The position numbers and the translations under genes are program-made. The notes beneath the pieces are model-generated. The model made no database searches. It saw only the letters and a list, made by a program, of their open reading frames with translations, and was not told the origin of the DNA. Shown one piece after another: positions 37,401-49,400 of a DNA stretch of 64,000 nucleotides. Positions within the stretch are counted from its first letter, which is position 1. Every line of letters begins with the position of its first letter. Location: NCBI RefSeq assembly GCF_964355755.1, contig NC_092672.1, forward strand, positions 33,424,437-33,488,436. The letters are read 5' to 3'. The stretch is from Antedon mediterranea. Lineage: Eukaryota > Animalia > Echinodermata.

Positions 37401-40400
37401 ATTTTGTATATTTGGGTCTCCCTTTCGTATAATTGGGTCTCCCTTTTCGTATATTTAGGTCTCCCTTTTCGTATATTAGGGTCTCCCTTTTCGTATAGTG
37501 GGGTCTCCCTTTTCGTATAGTGGGGTCTCCCTTTTCGTACGCGGGTCTCCCTTTTCGTATATTTAGGTCTCCCTTTTCGTATATTTAGGTCTCCCTTTTC
37601 GTATTGGGTCTCGGGTCTCTGGTCTCTGGTCTCGGGTCTCTAGTTTCGAAACACCCGTTTTTAACCGATTATTCTGTTTAACAGCACGCTAGACCCTAGA
37701 TGTGCTAGATTTAAAGTACCGTATTTATTGAAAAAACGGCCTGGGCTGTTTATTGTTTAGGTGGTTTTTAGGTGGACATTTATTGGAAGAAAGTTGTTTA
37801 TTCAATGGGAGAGGGTATAATCTAATGGAAATAGACGCCGATTATTTCATATGATGTTTCATGGGAGTGACATGGTCACCGTTTATTTGAGGGGAATTTA
37901 TTTAAAGATCGACGTTTATTCGGTGAGTGAACATTGAGGTCAAATATCAAAAGTGATATTATTCTTCAAGTGTACAAAAATACATATATGACAAATTTGA
38001 GACAAAAATTAATTCTTTTAAGACCAGTGGTTATCGAAGCATTGTCCTGACGCAAAAATTATTATTATTATTATTAGCGAACCCAGTATTTACAGTAAAT
38101 ACAGGGAGTACTATAATACGTTCGACTATCCTATGATCATGTGTGACAATCTTCAGTTTATACCAGGCTATATTTATGTTCAATCTTTTACTTTTGTTTA
38201 CAATAATAATGAATAGTAATTCGTCAAAGTAACGAATTAAAATATAGTTATTAATTCCTATTATACACTGTTGCAGAGTCAGGTTGTTGAATGGTCTGGG
38301 TGGTTAGGGTGTTCTAAAGGGATAGTTTTCTGGGTGGTAATTGTCCGGGGGGTAATTGTCCGGGTGGTAATTGTCCGGGGGGTAATTGTTCCTAGGGGGT
38401 AATTGTCCGGGGGGTAGTTGTCCAGGGGGTAGTTGTCCTAAGGGGGTTGTTGTCCTAAGGGGGTAGTTGTCCGGGGGGTATTTGTCCGGGGGGTAGTTGT
38501 CCTAAAGGGGTAGTTGTCCTAAGGGGGTAGTGGTCCAGGTGGTGGTTGTCCGGGGGGTAGTTGTCCGGGGGGTAAATGTCCAGGGGGTGAATATCCGGAT
38601 ACGTTAGACAATGTGTACTTGGGTACATTTATGAAAGTTTTTGAAGGCTAGAAATTATTTTATATGCCTAGTAGTCTGGTAAACATTTGATGGGATTTTT
38701 CTCAAGAACATGAAAACTCGTGATATGATAGGCTAGCTTCTCCGCAAAGCAAACATTGAATGGATCATTTATTACGCGGAGATAATTTTGATCTAATTCC
38801 CACCCAGACCCTGTCCTGTTCTGTGTGGTGGTGTAGCCCTGTTGTTGTGTGCCGCCGGTGGTGGTATGTAGGCCTACTTTATTGGCGTTTTATTTGGCAG
38901 GTCATACGTGCGAATTGAGTAGGACCTACGAAAGAGGCCTAGACCAAGGACTAAACAATTAATAAACAAAACAACTTGGCATTACGATTTTATATTTCAA
39001 CAGTCTCGATCGTACATTCAGCACTGTACGTACTCGATTTTTTTCATTTTGAAACAAAATGATCATTGGTTGATTCGAAATCCATATTTACATACCTCCC
39101 GCCCCATATAGCCAAATACGGTATGATAAACTACGTCATTCTTATCGGATGTTTGCGGTCTGCAAATCGATTTCTATACGTGTTTCACAAGTCTGTATTT
39201 TCAGACAAAAATCGCGGTCGAAATAAAAACAAATAAATAAAAAAAAAAGATAATACAGACTTGGGGCAAGTCTAAACCAGGAGATGTGCCGCCATAAATC
39301 AGTATCATGGACGCAACTCAACGACGTAGCCGCAACGCAGGTGAGTTGACCAATCACAGGCGATCTATTGCATCGTTGATCGGGCAAATAAAGTTTGGTT
39401 CCCACAGTAGGCAATGCAAAGCCGCTATTTATATATTTATTTAAGTTATTATTCTTTTTCTTACATTTTCGTTTGTTGATTCGATATCAGTTATTGTTTC
39501 CAATACTCCTGATACTTCTTGTATATCAGCTGGTTCAAGGTCACCTTCTGCTTCCTTTACTATTTTCTCAAGTTCAACAGCAACCTCTTCTACATTCTCT
39601 TCATCAACGCTCTAATAGTTATTAAAGTGATAATACTAGTTTAAAAATGCCAAAAATCTCCCCAAGTGGGCATCTTAGAGTAGGGAAAGGTGTCTACATA
39701 TGTGTCGCTTAAACTCTGTCCACACTCTCAAACTTTATGCGATAAAAAATGTGATGTGACAATGTGGACATGATGACGTCATATCGTTTTGTTTATTTTC
39801 CACTCATTTCATTCAATCAATCAATCAATCAATCAATCGTTCGATTTATATAGCGCCATTCCAACAGTCATTGCTCATGGTGCTGCCAAAAATATCAGAA
39901 AATGTGAGTTTTTAGTAGTGACTTAAAGTTGCTCAATAATGATGTTTGTTTAATGTTCAAATGTAGGTGGTTCCAAAAATTAATTTAAACAAACATACGT
40001 CTCACTACCATATTGGTTATAGCACTACAATGTTTTGTCAATCTATTTTTATTTTATTTTTTATGAGTGTTGTTGGATGAATGTTTGGTGAGGTTCTTAA
40101 TGTTTCACGTGACCCCTAACCTCATGAAATATCGTTAAAAAATGAAAAGTCGATAATCCTACCTTGGTGAGATTTCTTATTTTTGTAGTTAGTTCAGTTT
40201 CTATAAAAATTAAAAAACAAAATATATGACTTTTAAAAGTTATTAATACTACTATTGTTATTTATTGGCATGAGTGATACATTAATTACATATTTATTTT
40301 ATCAAAGAACAATAAGGTTTATTTCAACAATGTTTAGTTATACATTGGCATAAGATACAGAAGGAATGGAAAAGAGTTTACCAGAATACAATATTTCTAT

Positions 40401-43400
40401 GTTGTGTGTCTATCGCTTGAATATTATTCTGTTTATGTTATCAATGATCAAGCCTCTGACATCTAAAATTTGTTCGTGTTATCAGTCAACAAAATCATTA
40501 TTTTGTATTGTAATACAAAAATACAAGAAACCTTTTGTGGTCACTGATTCCGACAATGTAGTCACTGGTGAAAACGTTGTTGGTTCTGCACTTGTTTTTA
40601 CTGGTACTGATGGTTCAAGTGTTGATTGACACGTTGGTAATGCATCTGTATGTGAAAGTACACTAAAGTTTTGAACTATTTTACAAACGTTATGAGTAGA
40701 TCTACTATTAAGGGGACAGCTTCAAAAAATACACCAAAGTGTTCTCTGAATAGGAATGGTGGACCCTAGTGTTAAAACAGCCCCAACCGTCTCATTGATT
40801 TCACAGAAAAAATGTCTTTTTATTAGAAGTTTCCCAAAGGACGGCTTGTAGTAAAATTCAAGTACCGTAGAGTTAGTATAAAATAAGTCATTCCTCCTGA
40901 AGATGAACAAGTTCGAAATATAGAATTACAATTGCCTTACTTTTTTCGGAGCTCCTTTTATATTATTTTTTATCCGACTTGTACTAAATAATCTTGACTG
41001 ATACTGTCATAATAATCTCTAGATTTTTTCATTAAAAATGTAACAATAATAAACATGAATATTAAAAAAAAAAACTTTGAATGTCTATGTACCTTCTGAG
41101 TACACATATACTTTAGCCAGAAATCCTTTATGATTACTGCACCCTCGATGTTCGTTTGTAGTTAGAATAATACTTATTATGTTACTTGTAGATATTATTA
41201 GTTCTGGTGAGTAGTGCTGGCAAGTAAATCTGCCAATGACGTCTGTACCATTGTTTGTTTCCACATAAGAGAACTCCAAATCAATACTGCAAAATACAAC
41301 TGCCAGAAAGCTGCCGTGGTTTGTAGTAAATGTCCAGTAGGTATACCGGTTGTTTTCATAGTAATGTGGATATCCAGGTGAAGCCAAGATCTGTGTTTCA
41401 TTAGCAACGACAAATGTTGAAGAGTTCGGTTGTATAGAATAGGCTGAAATAAATGAGATAGACGCATTGATTATTTAAAATGTGGAAACTACTTCATCGT
41501 TTTTCAATCATTTAGTCATTTAAACTTTTTTTACATCTAGACAATGGGTTTACTATTCTTTAAATTACGGTTCTATCAGGTAAATATTACCCTTGGATAG
41601 CAGCGCATATGATGGTCTGAAGAAAAATAAAAACAATTTAAAATTGTTCACAGTTCTCATCAAAAGAAAACTGTGATTCACTTTATAATATTTTCTGGCC
41701 AGCTCTCTATAAGAGTAACAGATAAATATAAACTAAATAAAATATAATAATAACTGAAACATGCCCTTTTAAATTATTAATAATGAAAAAAAAATTAATG
41801 CATCTTTGAATAAACTATTAAGCTACTAAGAAAGCAGAACAGATTGTACATAACGATGTAGTATTTTATTTGCTATTTCGAATGGCGACCAAAACAAATG
41901 GTGGAAACAAATAACAATAACTTTGGTAGTTGAAAACAAATTAAAAACAAAATGAACTTACATGCAGGTGTTTTAGTTAACACAGATACCTCAGCCAGAA
42001 ATCCTCTTTTACAAGAAATGGAATACCATGTGCTGAAAACAATTTTTAGTCTGGTACTTAATGTGGTTATTGATGTTGATGGGGTATAGTAACCATTGAA
42101 AGTGGCAATCTTTCTTCCACAACTGTAAATAAACACATTGTCGTAGTACTCAAGTTCAAAATCGTGGAATTCAACAGCTAGTAAGCTGCCTAAATTTGTA
42201 TTGAATACCCATTTTATGTATGTGTTGTTTTCATAACAGTATGGATATCCAGGCGATGAAATATTGTTGGTTTCATTAGCAATAAAAACTGTTTGGATAG
42301 TGTTTGGTTGTACAGGATGATCTGTATAAAAAAAGATAAATAAGTATTGATTAATTAAAATGTCATAACTCTACAGCGTATTTTGATCTTAATCAGAAAT
42401 ACTTTTCTATATAACACTAAAGCAATTTAAATTTGATGTAAAAGTTCCCATGAATATGTAAATCAATATTCATTTGTTTGCGATAGAAAAATTTGTTCAT
42501 CAAACTCAATTAATTACAATTAACTTTGTAAGACAAGTTTTTCAACTATATCATACTCGGCACGGTGACAGATTGTCTGAAACTGAGAACGGTATTAAAG
42601 TAAATCTTTAAGTATACTGTATATGGTTGACAAATATTTGGTTCACACCTTGCAGTGGAAACCCCTCGTATGCTTATTTGTTCTTAAACATGCCAGCTGA
42701 ATGGTTAAATAATAGACTTGAGGTTATCAAATTCCCTTTTTTTATTTGAGAAATTATTTGTGGGTTAGGTTCAGTTATATTTTAGAAAATAACAAAATTA
42801 TATGAATGAATGAGTGAATGAACTCATGGTGAACGGACGTATGTGAACAACGCTCCGTGATTTGCATTGTTAATTCTACCTGAACCTGCTATTCAAATCC
42901 GATTGTAATAGGCACCTGTTCTGCATTCAATTCAACAGTATGTTACCGCACTTCAGCGGTACGTTACCGTAAACTACAATCTATAAATCAACGATGGCTG
43001 CACCAAAAAGCGTAAACCTGTAGCTAAAGCTAAGCCAGAGAGCACCCATAACCTTGATGGCGATTCGTCAGATATGGACGAGGCATTGCATCATAAAAAA
43101 ACAAGGTAACGTAATTAACATAGCAGAAGTAAAAGAACTAATTGACTTTGAGTTACAAAATTTTACGCTAAAGATTGCCGAGGCTGTATAAAAAGTGCTA
43201 CATGATCAACTAACCGGGAAACTAACTGACCTTATCAGAGAGTCTCTAAAGTTCGATACAAGCGTTACAATGATAAGTTATGTAGTCTAGAAAACAAAGT
43301 CTCTGCACTTGAAAATGAATTAGATCTAGCTGAAAAGTATTCTAGAAGAAATTGTCTAGTATTCACAGAATACAAGAAAAACAAGAAGAAAATACGGATA

Positions 43401-46400
43401 AAGAAGTGATAAAGATCTTTAAAGAAAAATTAAATGTCTCTGTAGATTCTATCGACATTGACCGGTCTCATCGCCAAAACAAGTCCAAAACTAAGCCGAT
43501 TATCATTAAATTTGCCAGCTACAAAATGAGAAATGAAATCTTCCGGGCAAAGAACTGCTTCGTGAAGTGAAACATACATATGCAAAATCGATCAAGGCCA
43601 CCTGGACCCAAGACGGGAAGCTATGTATACTAACCAACAGCATGAAGAAATTAGTCATCAATTCCCGATCTGATATGTCTCGCTATCAGAACGATCTTAA
43701 ATAGGCCTACTCAAAGCTTACTTTATGGACCTTTTAAAAGTAGCAGATTGTACTTTATTTATTTCTATGTCAATGCATGTCGCGTGTTAAACAATATCAA
43801 TTAGTTGTTATACCGTGAACCTTGTAATTAATTACATATATACATTTTTATTGTTATTCTTTAATTTATTTGTTATATATTTAAGAATGTAAATGGATCT
43901 TCTCATCTCCCTTTGTATTCATCTGTTGGCATTCAGTGCACTACTGATAATTTAAATTCAACATTTGAACCAAATTTTAATCCTTTTATTCAAAATGAAA
44001 ATAGATACGATACTCAGGCTGATATGCTAATTAATCACTTAACCACTAGATCCAATAGGCCTACACTTGATCATTGTAAATATTATGATATAGACTGAAT
44101 TTAACACCCTGCATGACTCTTTAAACAAACCCAAACTATCTTTACTGCATTTGAATATAAGAAGCTTCTCAAATAATAATAATACTTTTGACAGTTTATT
44201 ATATTCTTTACACACTAAATTTTCCATAATTGGTATATCAGAGACCTGGCTAAATGATAACAAACAATACCCCTTCTATATATAAATTTACGTAAGGGCA
44301 AAATTCGGTAAATCGCGCGTTATTTCTAGAATGTATACTCGATGGTATATAAAGTTGGTTAGAATCTCGATACTGATTTTAACCACCTGATGTAACCCTG
44401 TTTACTAATTAAATTGAGTTAGATAATTAGTTATTGACAATTAAAACGAATTTAGGTTCAACGATTTGCCCCAAATAGGGGGTGTTTTCCGATCGTGGTA
44501 TACTGTCTAATGCATGTCCATCGTGAAAAATACCCGCATACAATAATACGAGGATGCTTCGCATTTTCCTATCTCCTCCTACGATAATTGTTTTTAATGG
44601 CTGAAAACCGGTTGAACAGCTCGAGTACAGCATCATAATGTTGAAGACAGGCCGATTTTCTTTAAAAAATACTATTTTGATAGATTTAATATACGTTTAT
44701 ACGAATGTATTGATTAGCGATGAATGGAACATTCCAATCTCTCAGACTCCCAGTTTGTAGGTAAATTTATGAGCCCTTGGTTTAACACAAGTAGGTAAAT
44801 TTATGGGTCTTTGGAGAATAAAACTTATATATTATAGTATTGCAATACCTTGACAATATTGTAAATATTGTATGTATTTAACCATTTTTGTTCGCCATTT
44901 GAATCGAAATTGTCTTACTGTGAATGTGGTTACTGTTAGATATATAAACAAAATATACAAAGAACATTTATTACTGTGACTGTGGGTAGATTACGGAGAG
45001 TGGCTTCTCAACGTTTGTATTAATTAATAATTATAAAAAATATAAACGTCGTAGTGGTGTATAGTTACATGTACTTTACTATTTCAACCGACTATAACAG
45101 GGACAGTTTTTAAAAGTAGGATAAATCGTAAATGTTTTACTGTTTTTATAGTGGTATATTATTGATAAGCCTATAAAACATTTAAAACAATATTTCGTTG
45201 CTGACTGGATAGAGAATATATTTAAAAATTGTTCTTTCCATCCTCTTCCCCATCCCTCAACTCTAATGTTATATACAAAACACAAATTGGGTTTGTTTAA
45301 ATGAGTTCAAATAAAAAAAATTGGACTCATTTTTAAGACAAGGCCTAATTCCCAGGTTGCTAATTTTACATACATCATCGTGTCTATTTATTCGTTTCTG
45401 TAAACGACAATATACTATAGTCCTGCGGTACGTACATTTTTACGCTGAAATTACTGTGTATTCGAGAACCATCTGGGGACACGACCTAGATGGTACGCGA
45501 GCGAAGCGAGCGTACCATCTAGTTTTAAACAATTACACTTTTTTTTGCAAGTAATAGACAATAATATAGCCAAAATAATATAACAACATTCTCCTAAAAC
45601 CGATGTTATATTTCTGGATTGGTCCAAGGCCTTTGATAAGATTTCTCAATACTCTTCTTCTTCAAAAACCTCACGTTTCTGTGGCTCTACACTTAATTGG
45701 ATTTCCTCCTACCTAATTGGTCGGTCACAGAGAGTGCTTTTTAATGGGTCCTCCTCCAATTGGGCCCAAGTAACATCGGTGGTTCCACAGGGATCTCTAC
45801 TAGGCCCTCTGTTATTTAATATTTTTGTTTCGGATCTTCCCTCTACTCTTCAATCTAATATTCTCCAATATGCTGATGACACTGTTGTCTTCAAGAATAT
45901 TCAATCTAACTCTTATTCCCTTATCCAACAATCTGATCTTGACAATATTCTTTCTTGGTCCAACGTAAATAAAATGTGACTTAACATCAATAAATGTAAA
46001 GTTTTGCACGTTTCTCGCTCTCGAAATTCCACTCTCTACCCTTATACTCTTAATGATATCCCTCTATCTCTAACTAACAGCCATAAATACCTTGGCATTA
46101 CCCTTAATAGTACCCTTTCCTGGCACGACCACATTTTAGCTGTTCACTCTTCTGCCTCCAGGACTAGGATTTATCCGTCGTACTGTTGGTACCAATGACT
46201 CTCATTCTCTTCTTTTGCTTTACAAATCCTTATGTCGTCCGATTCTAGAATATGGTGCTCCTGTGTGGTTTCCATATTTGGCTTCCCATCTTAATCTCCT
46301 TGAAAAACCTCAACGCATTCTTACTAGATACTTGTTTCCATGTAAACACTTTGAACGTCCTACTTACGCCGAAAGATTAGCTCTCCTTCATCTTCCTTCT

Positions 46401-49400
46401 TTGACTTCTCGGATTGATTTCCAAACTATTATCTTTGTTGTCAAATGTTTATACACTATTTTTGATCTCGATGTTTCTTCTTTTTTTTCCTCCTATTTCT
46501 CGTCACAAATTTGATCTTCTATTCAGGCCACCCTTTGCTCGAACTGTCTGTTTTCAATCTTCACTTCACAATCTTTCATAGATTCTGTAAGCTTTGGAAT
46601 AGTCTTCCCTCTGAATTAAGTGAGCTTGCTCTTCTTGGCAGGTTTCGAGAATTCGAGACTAGTCTTCGCCAACACTATTTCTTTTGATTTTAAAAAAGTA
46701 TCCAATAAAATAAATTCAATTAAAATCGATAAATACATAATAAAAAATGATAAATCTATATGTGATTATTTTAACAATTATTTTTCATCCATAGAGCCTG
46801 ATATCAATAAGTCTTTACCAGCTTCAGCTATTGATCCGTTAATATTCCTTCCAACACCAACCATTAATTCATTCTATATTAGTCCAGTTACTGAATCTGA
46901 GATTCTTTCTATTACATTTAATTTTGATTTAAAAAAAAGGAGGTGGGCATGATAACTTATCTCCTCACACATTAAAAGCTGTTCTTCAGTGTATTATAAA
47001 TCCATTAAAATTTGCCATAAATTCATCTTTTTGCTCAGGTACAGTACCAACTAAGTTGAAATTGGCAAAGGTAGTTCCTATATTTAAGAAAGGAGACACC
47101 TGCTTATTATCTAACTACAGACCTATATCTATTTTACCAGTATTTTCAAAATTATTAGAAAAACTCATGCATAAAAGCCTTTTATGCATATCTAAAACAA
47201 TTTGATATCATCAATATGGTTTTCGACCTAAACATTCCACTTGTCATGCCATTCTTGAACTTGTAAATAATTTCACTGAATCTTTCGAAAATAATTTATT
47301 TCTGTTAAGCATATTTCTAGACTTATCAAAAGCCTTTGATGTTATAAATCACCAAATTTTACTCTCCAAACTTGATAAATATGGGATCAGAGGTATATCT
47401 TTCGACTGGTTCAAAAGTTATCTTACTGACCGCAATCAATTTGTTTCTTTGGATTCATGTAAGTCATCGTCGAGGGACATAACTTGTGGCGTTCCACAGG
47501 GTTCTGTTCTGGGACCGTTATTGTTCTTATTATATGTAAATGACTTGACTCGTTTCAGTGACACTCTAGATGTTGTGTCCTTCGCCGATGATACTACATT
47601 ATTTTTCTCGCATGATAATATTTTTTTTTTATACAATACTATAGACACTGAGTTAAAAACAACTGGTTCTTGGTTTGATGCAAATGGACTTTTAAATAAA
47701 CATCGAAACAACTAATTATTTATTATTTCATCCCATCCAAAAGAAAGTTAACATATCAAACTTAAAAGTTACTTTAAATGGGAAAAACATCAACAACAAA
47801 ATCTGAAACTCTGAACTCTAGGTATAATTGTAAACGAACATCTAAGTTGGAAACCGCACCAATATTATGTTGCAAATAAAGTATCTAAATCTATAGGAAT
47901 AATAAATAAACTGAAGTTTCATTTCCCTCAACATATTTTAATTACATTATACAATTCTCTTATCCTTCCTTATTTACAATACTGCAACCTTATTTGGTGC
48001 AGTGATTATCCTTCAAACATGGATAGATTACTAAAACTCCAAAAACGTGTTGTTCGAATAATCAACCTAGCACCATTTGTCTCAACTTCTGAACCATTGT
48101 TTAAAAAATGTAATATCTTAAAAGTAATAGATTTACATAGACAACAAATACTTACTTTTATGTTCCAATATGTTAAAGATCAACTTCCATTTACCATAAT
48201 TTCATTATTCAAAAAACCAAAGACTGTCCATAGTTATTATCTTAAGGACTCAAATTTACTTTATGTTCCTTTTGTAAGACTTAGCAAAAGCCAATTTTGT
48301 ATTACAGTTCATGGACATAAATTATGGAATAACTTAAAAGAGAAAAAAAATGTGAAAATGGAAAAATATTCAGACATCAAATTAAGTTTAATTATTTGGA
48401 AAATTATCATTCATAAATGTATTATTATTATACCACTTTTACCTAATTTGTATACATTTTTATTTTGTATTATGTTTTGTTGGGTCTTTCTGAAACAGGC
48501 ATTGGCCTCTAAGTCTGATCCAAATTAATGAAATATTTATTTGTTTATATTTTCATTGTTTAAGTTTTCATTAATTAAATAAATGTGAAATGAAATGAAA
48601 CAAAAAATGGTGTCAACTGCACATGACTGAATCACATGGCAGGCACGAGTTTCCATCAAAAGGGCCATTTTGGAGATAATAATAATTTGCTATTTCGAAT
48701 GGCGACCAACACAAATGGTGGAAACAAATAACAATAACTTTGGTAGTTGAAAACAAAATAAAAAACAAAATGAACTTACACGCAGGTGTTTTGGTTAACA
48801 CAGATACCTCAGCCAGAAATCCTCTTTTACAAGAAACGGAAAACCAATATGTCAAGGTCCTGAAAACAATTTGTAGTCTGTTACTTAATGTGGTTATTGA
48901 TGTTGATGGGGTATAGTAACTATCGAAACGGGCAATCTGTAGTTCATCACTGAAAATACGCACATCGTCGTAGCCATCAAGTTCAAAATCGTGGAATTCT
49001 ACAGCTAGTAAGCTACTGAAATTTGTTTTAAATATCCATTTTCTGTTTGTGTTTTCATAACAGTATGGATATCCAGGCGATGAAACATTTTTGGTTTCAT
49101 TATCAATGAGAACTGTTTGGATAATGTCTGGTTGTACAGGATGATCTGTAAAAAAAGATAACGAAGTATTGATTAATTAAATAACTCTAGAGCGTATTTT
49201 GATCAATAATCAGATATACTTTTTAATAGAATAACACTAAAGATGGACTTATAACATTTACGTGGCTCTAATAATAAATTTGTAGAAAATTAATATTTTT
49301 CATTTTGTATATTAGAAACAACCACATATAAAATAGATAATTTATTGTTTTTTTGTTTTCTAGAAAATTAGATACGCAGCATATAATTTGTTACATTTTT

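Larger units (their letters stand above)
36566..39274. mobile_element. Non-autonomous DNA transposon with TAG...CTA hairpin termini and 9-bp TSD (AcademH-like; hAT not excluded)
   Basis: TSD aaccaggag at 36557-36565 and 39275-39283; empty site in gene A near 2567-2575; related pieces at ~57052-57190 and ~52185-52240. Confidence 0.75.
42990..48600 (+). mobile_element. Decayed CR1-group LINE (ORF1, endonuclease, RT) interrupted by a Helitron and a second LINE
   Basis: ORF1 remnant YSRRN...DIDRSHR...PIIIKF (~43330-43570); EN LNIRS/SETWL (~44150-44270); [24 protein letters not shown] (~47110-47715); (GAAAT)n tail ~48580-48600; continuity of the parts is inferred. Confidence 0.75.

Noticed and set aside
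40885-40930. Hammerhead-ribozyme-like ctgaaga...gaaa motif, possibly a Penelope remnant
   Set aside because: Stem I does not pair adjacent to the core, so at best a degenerate relic
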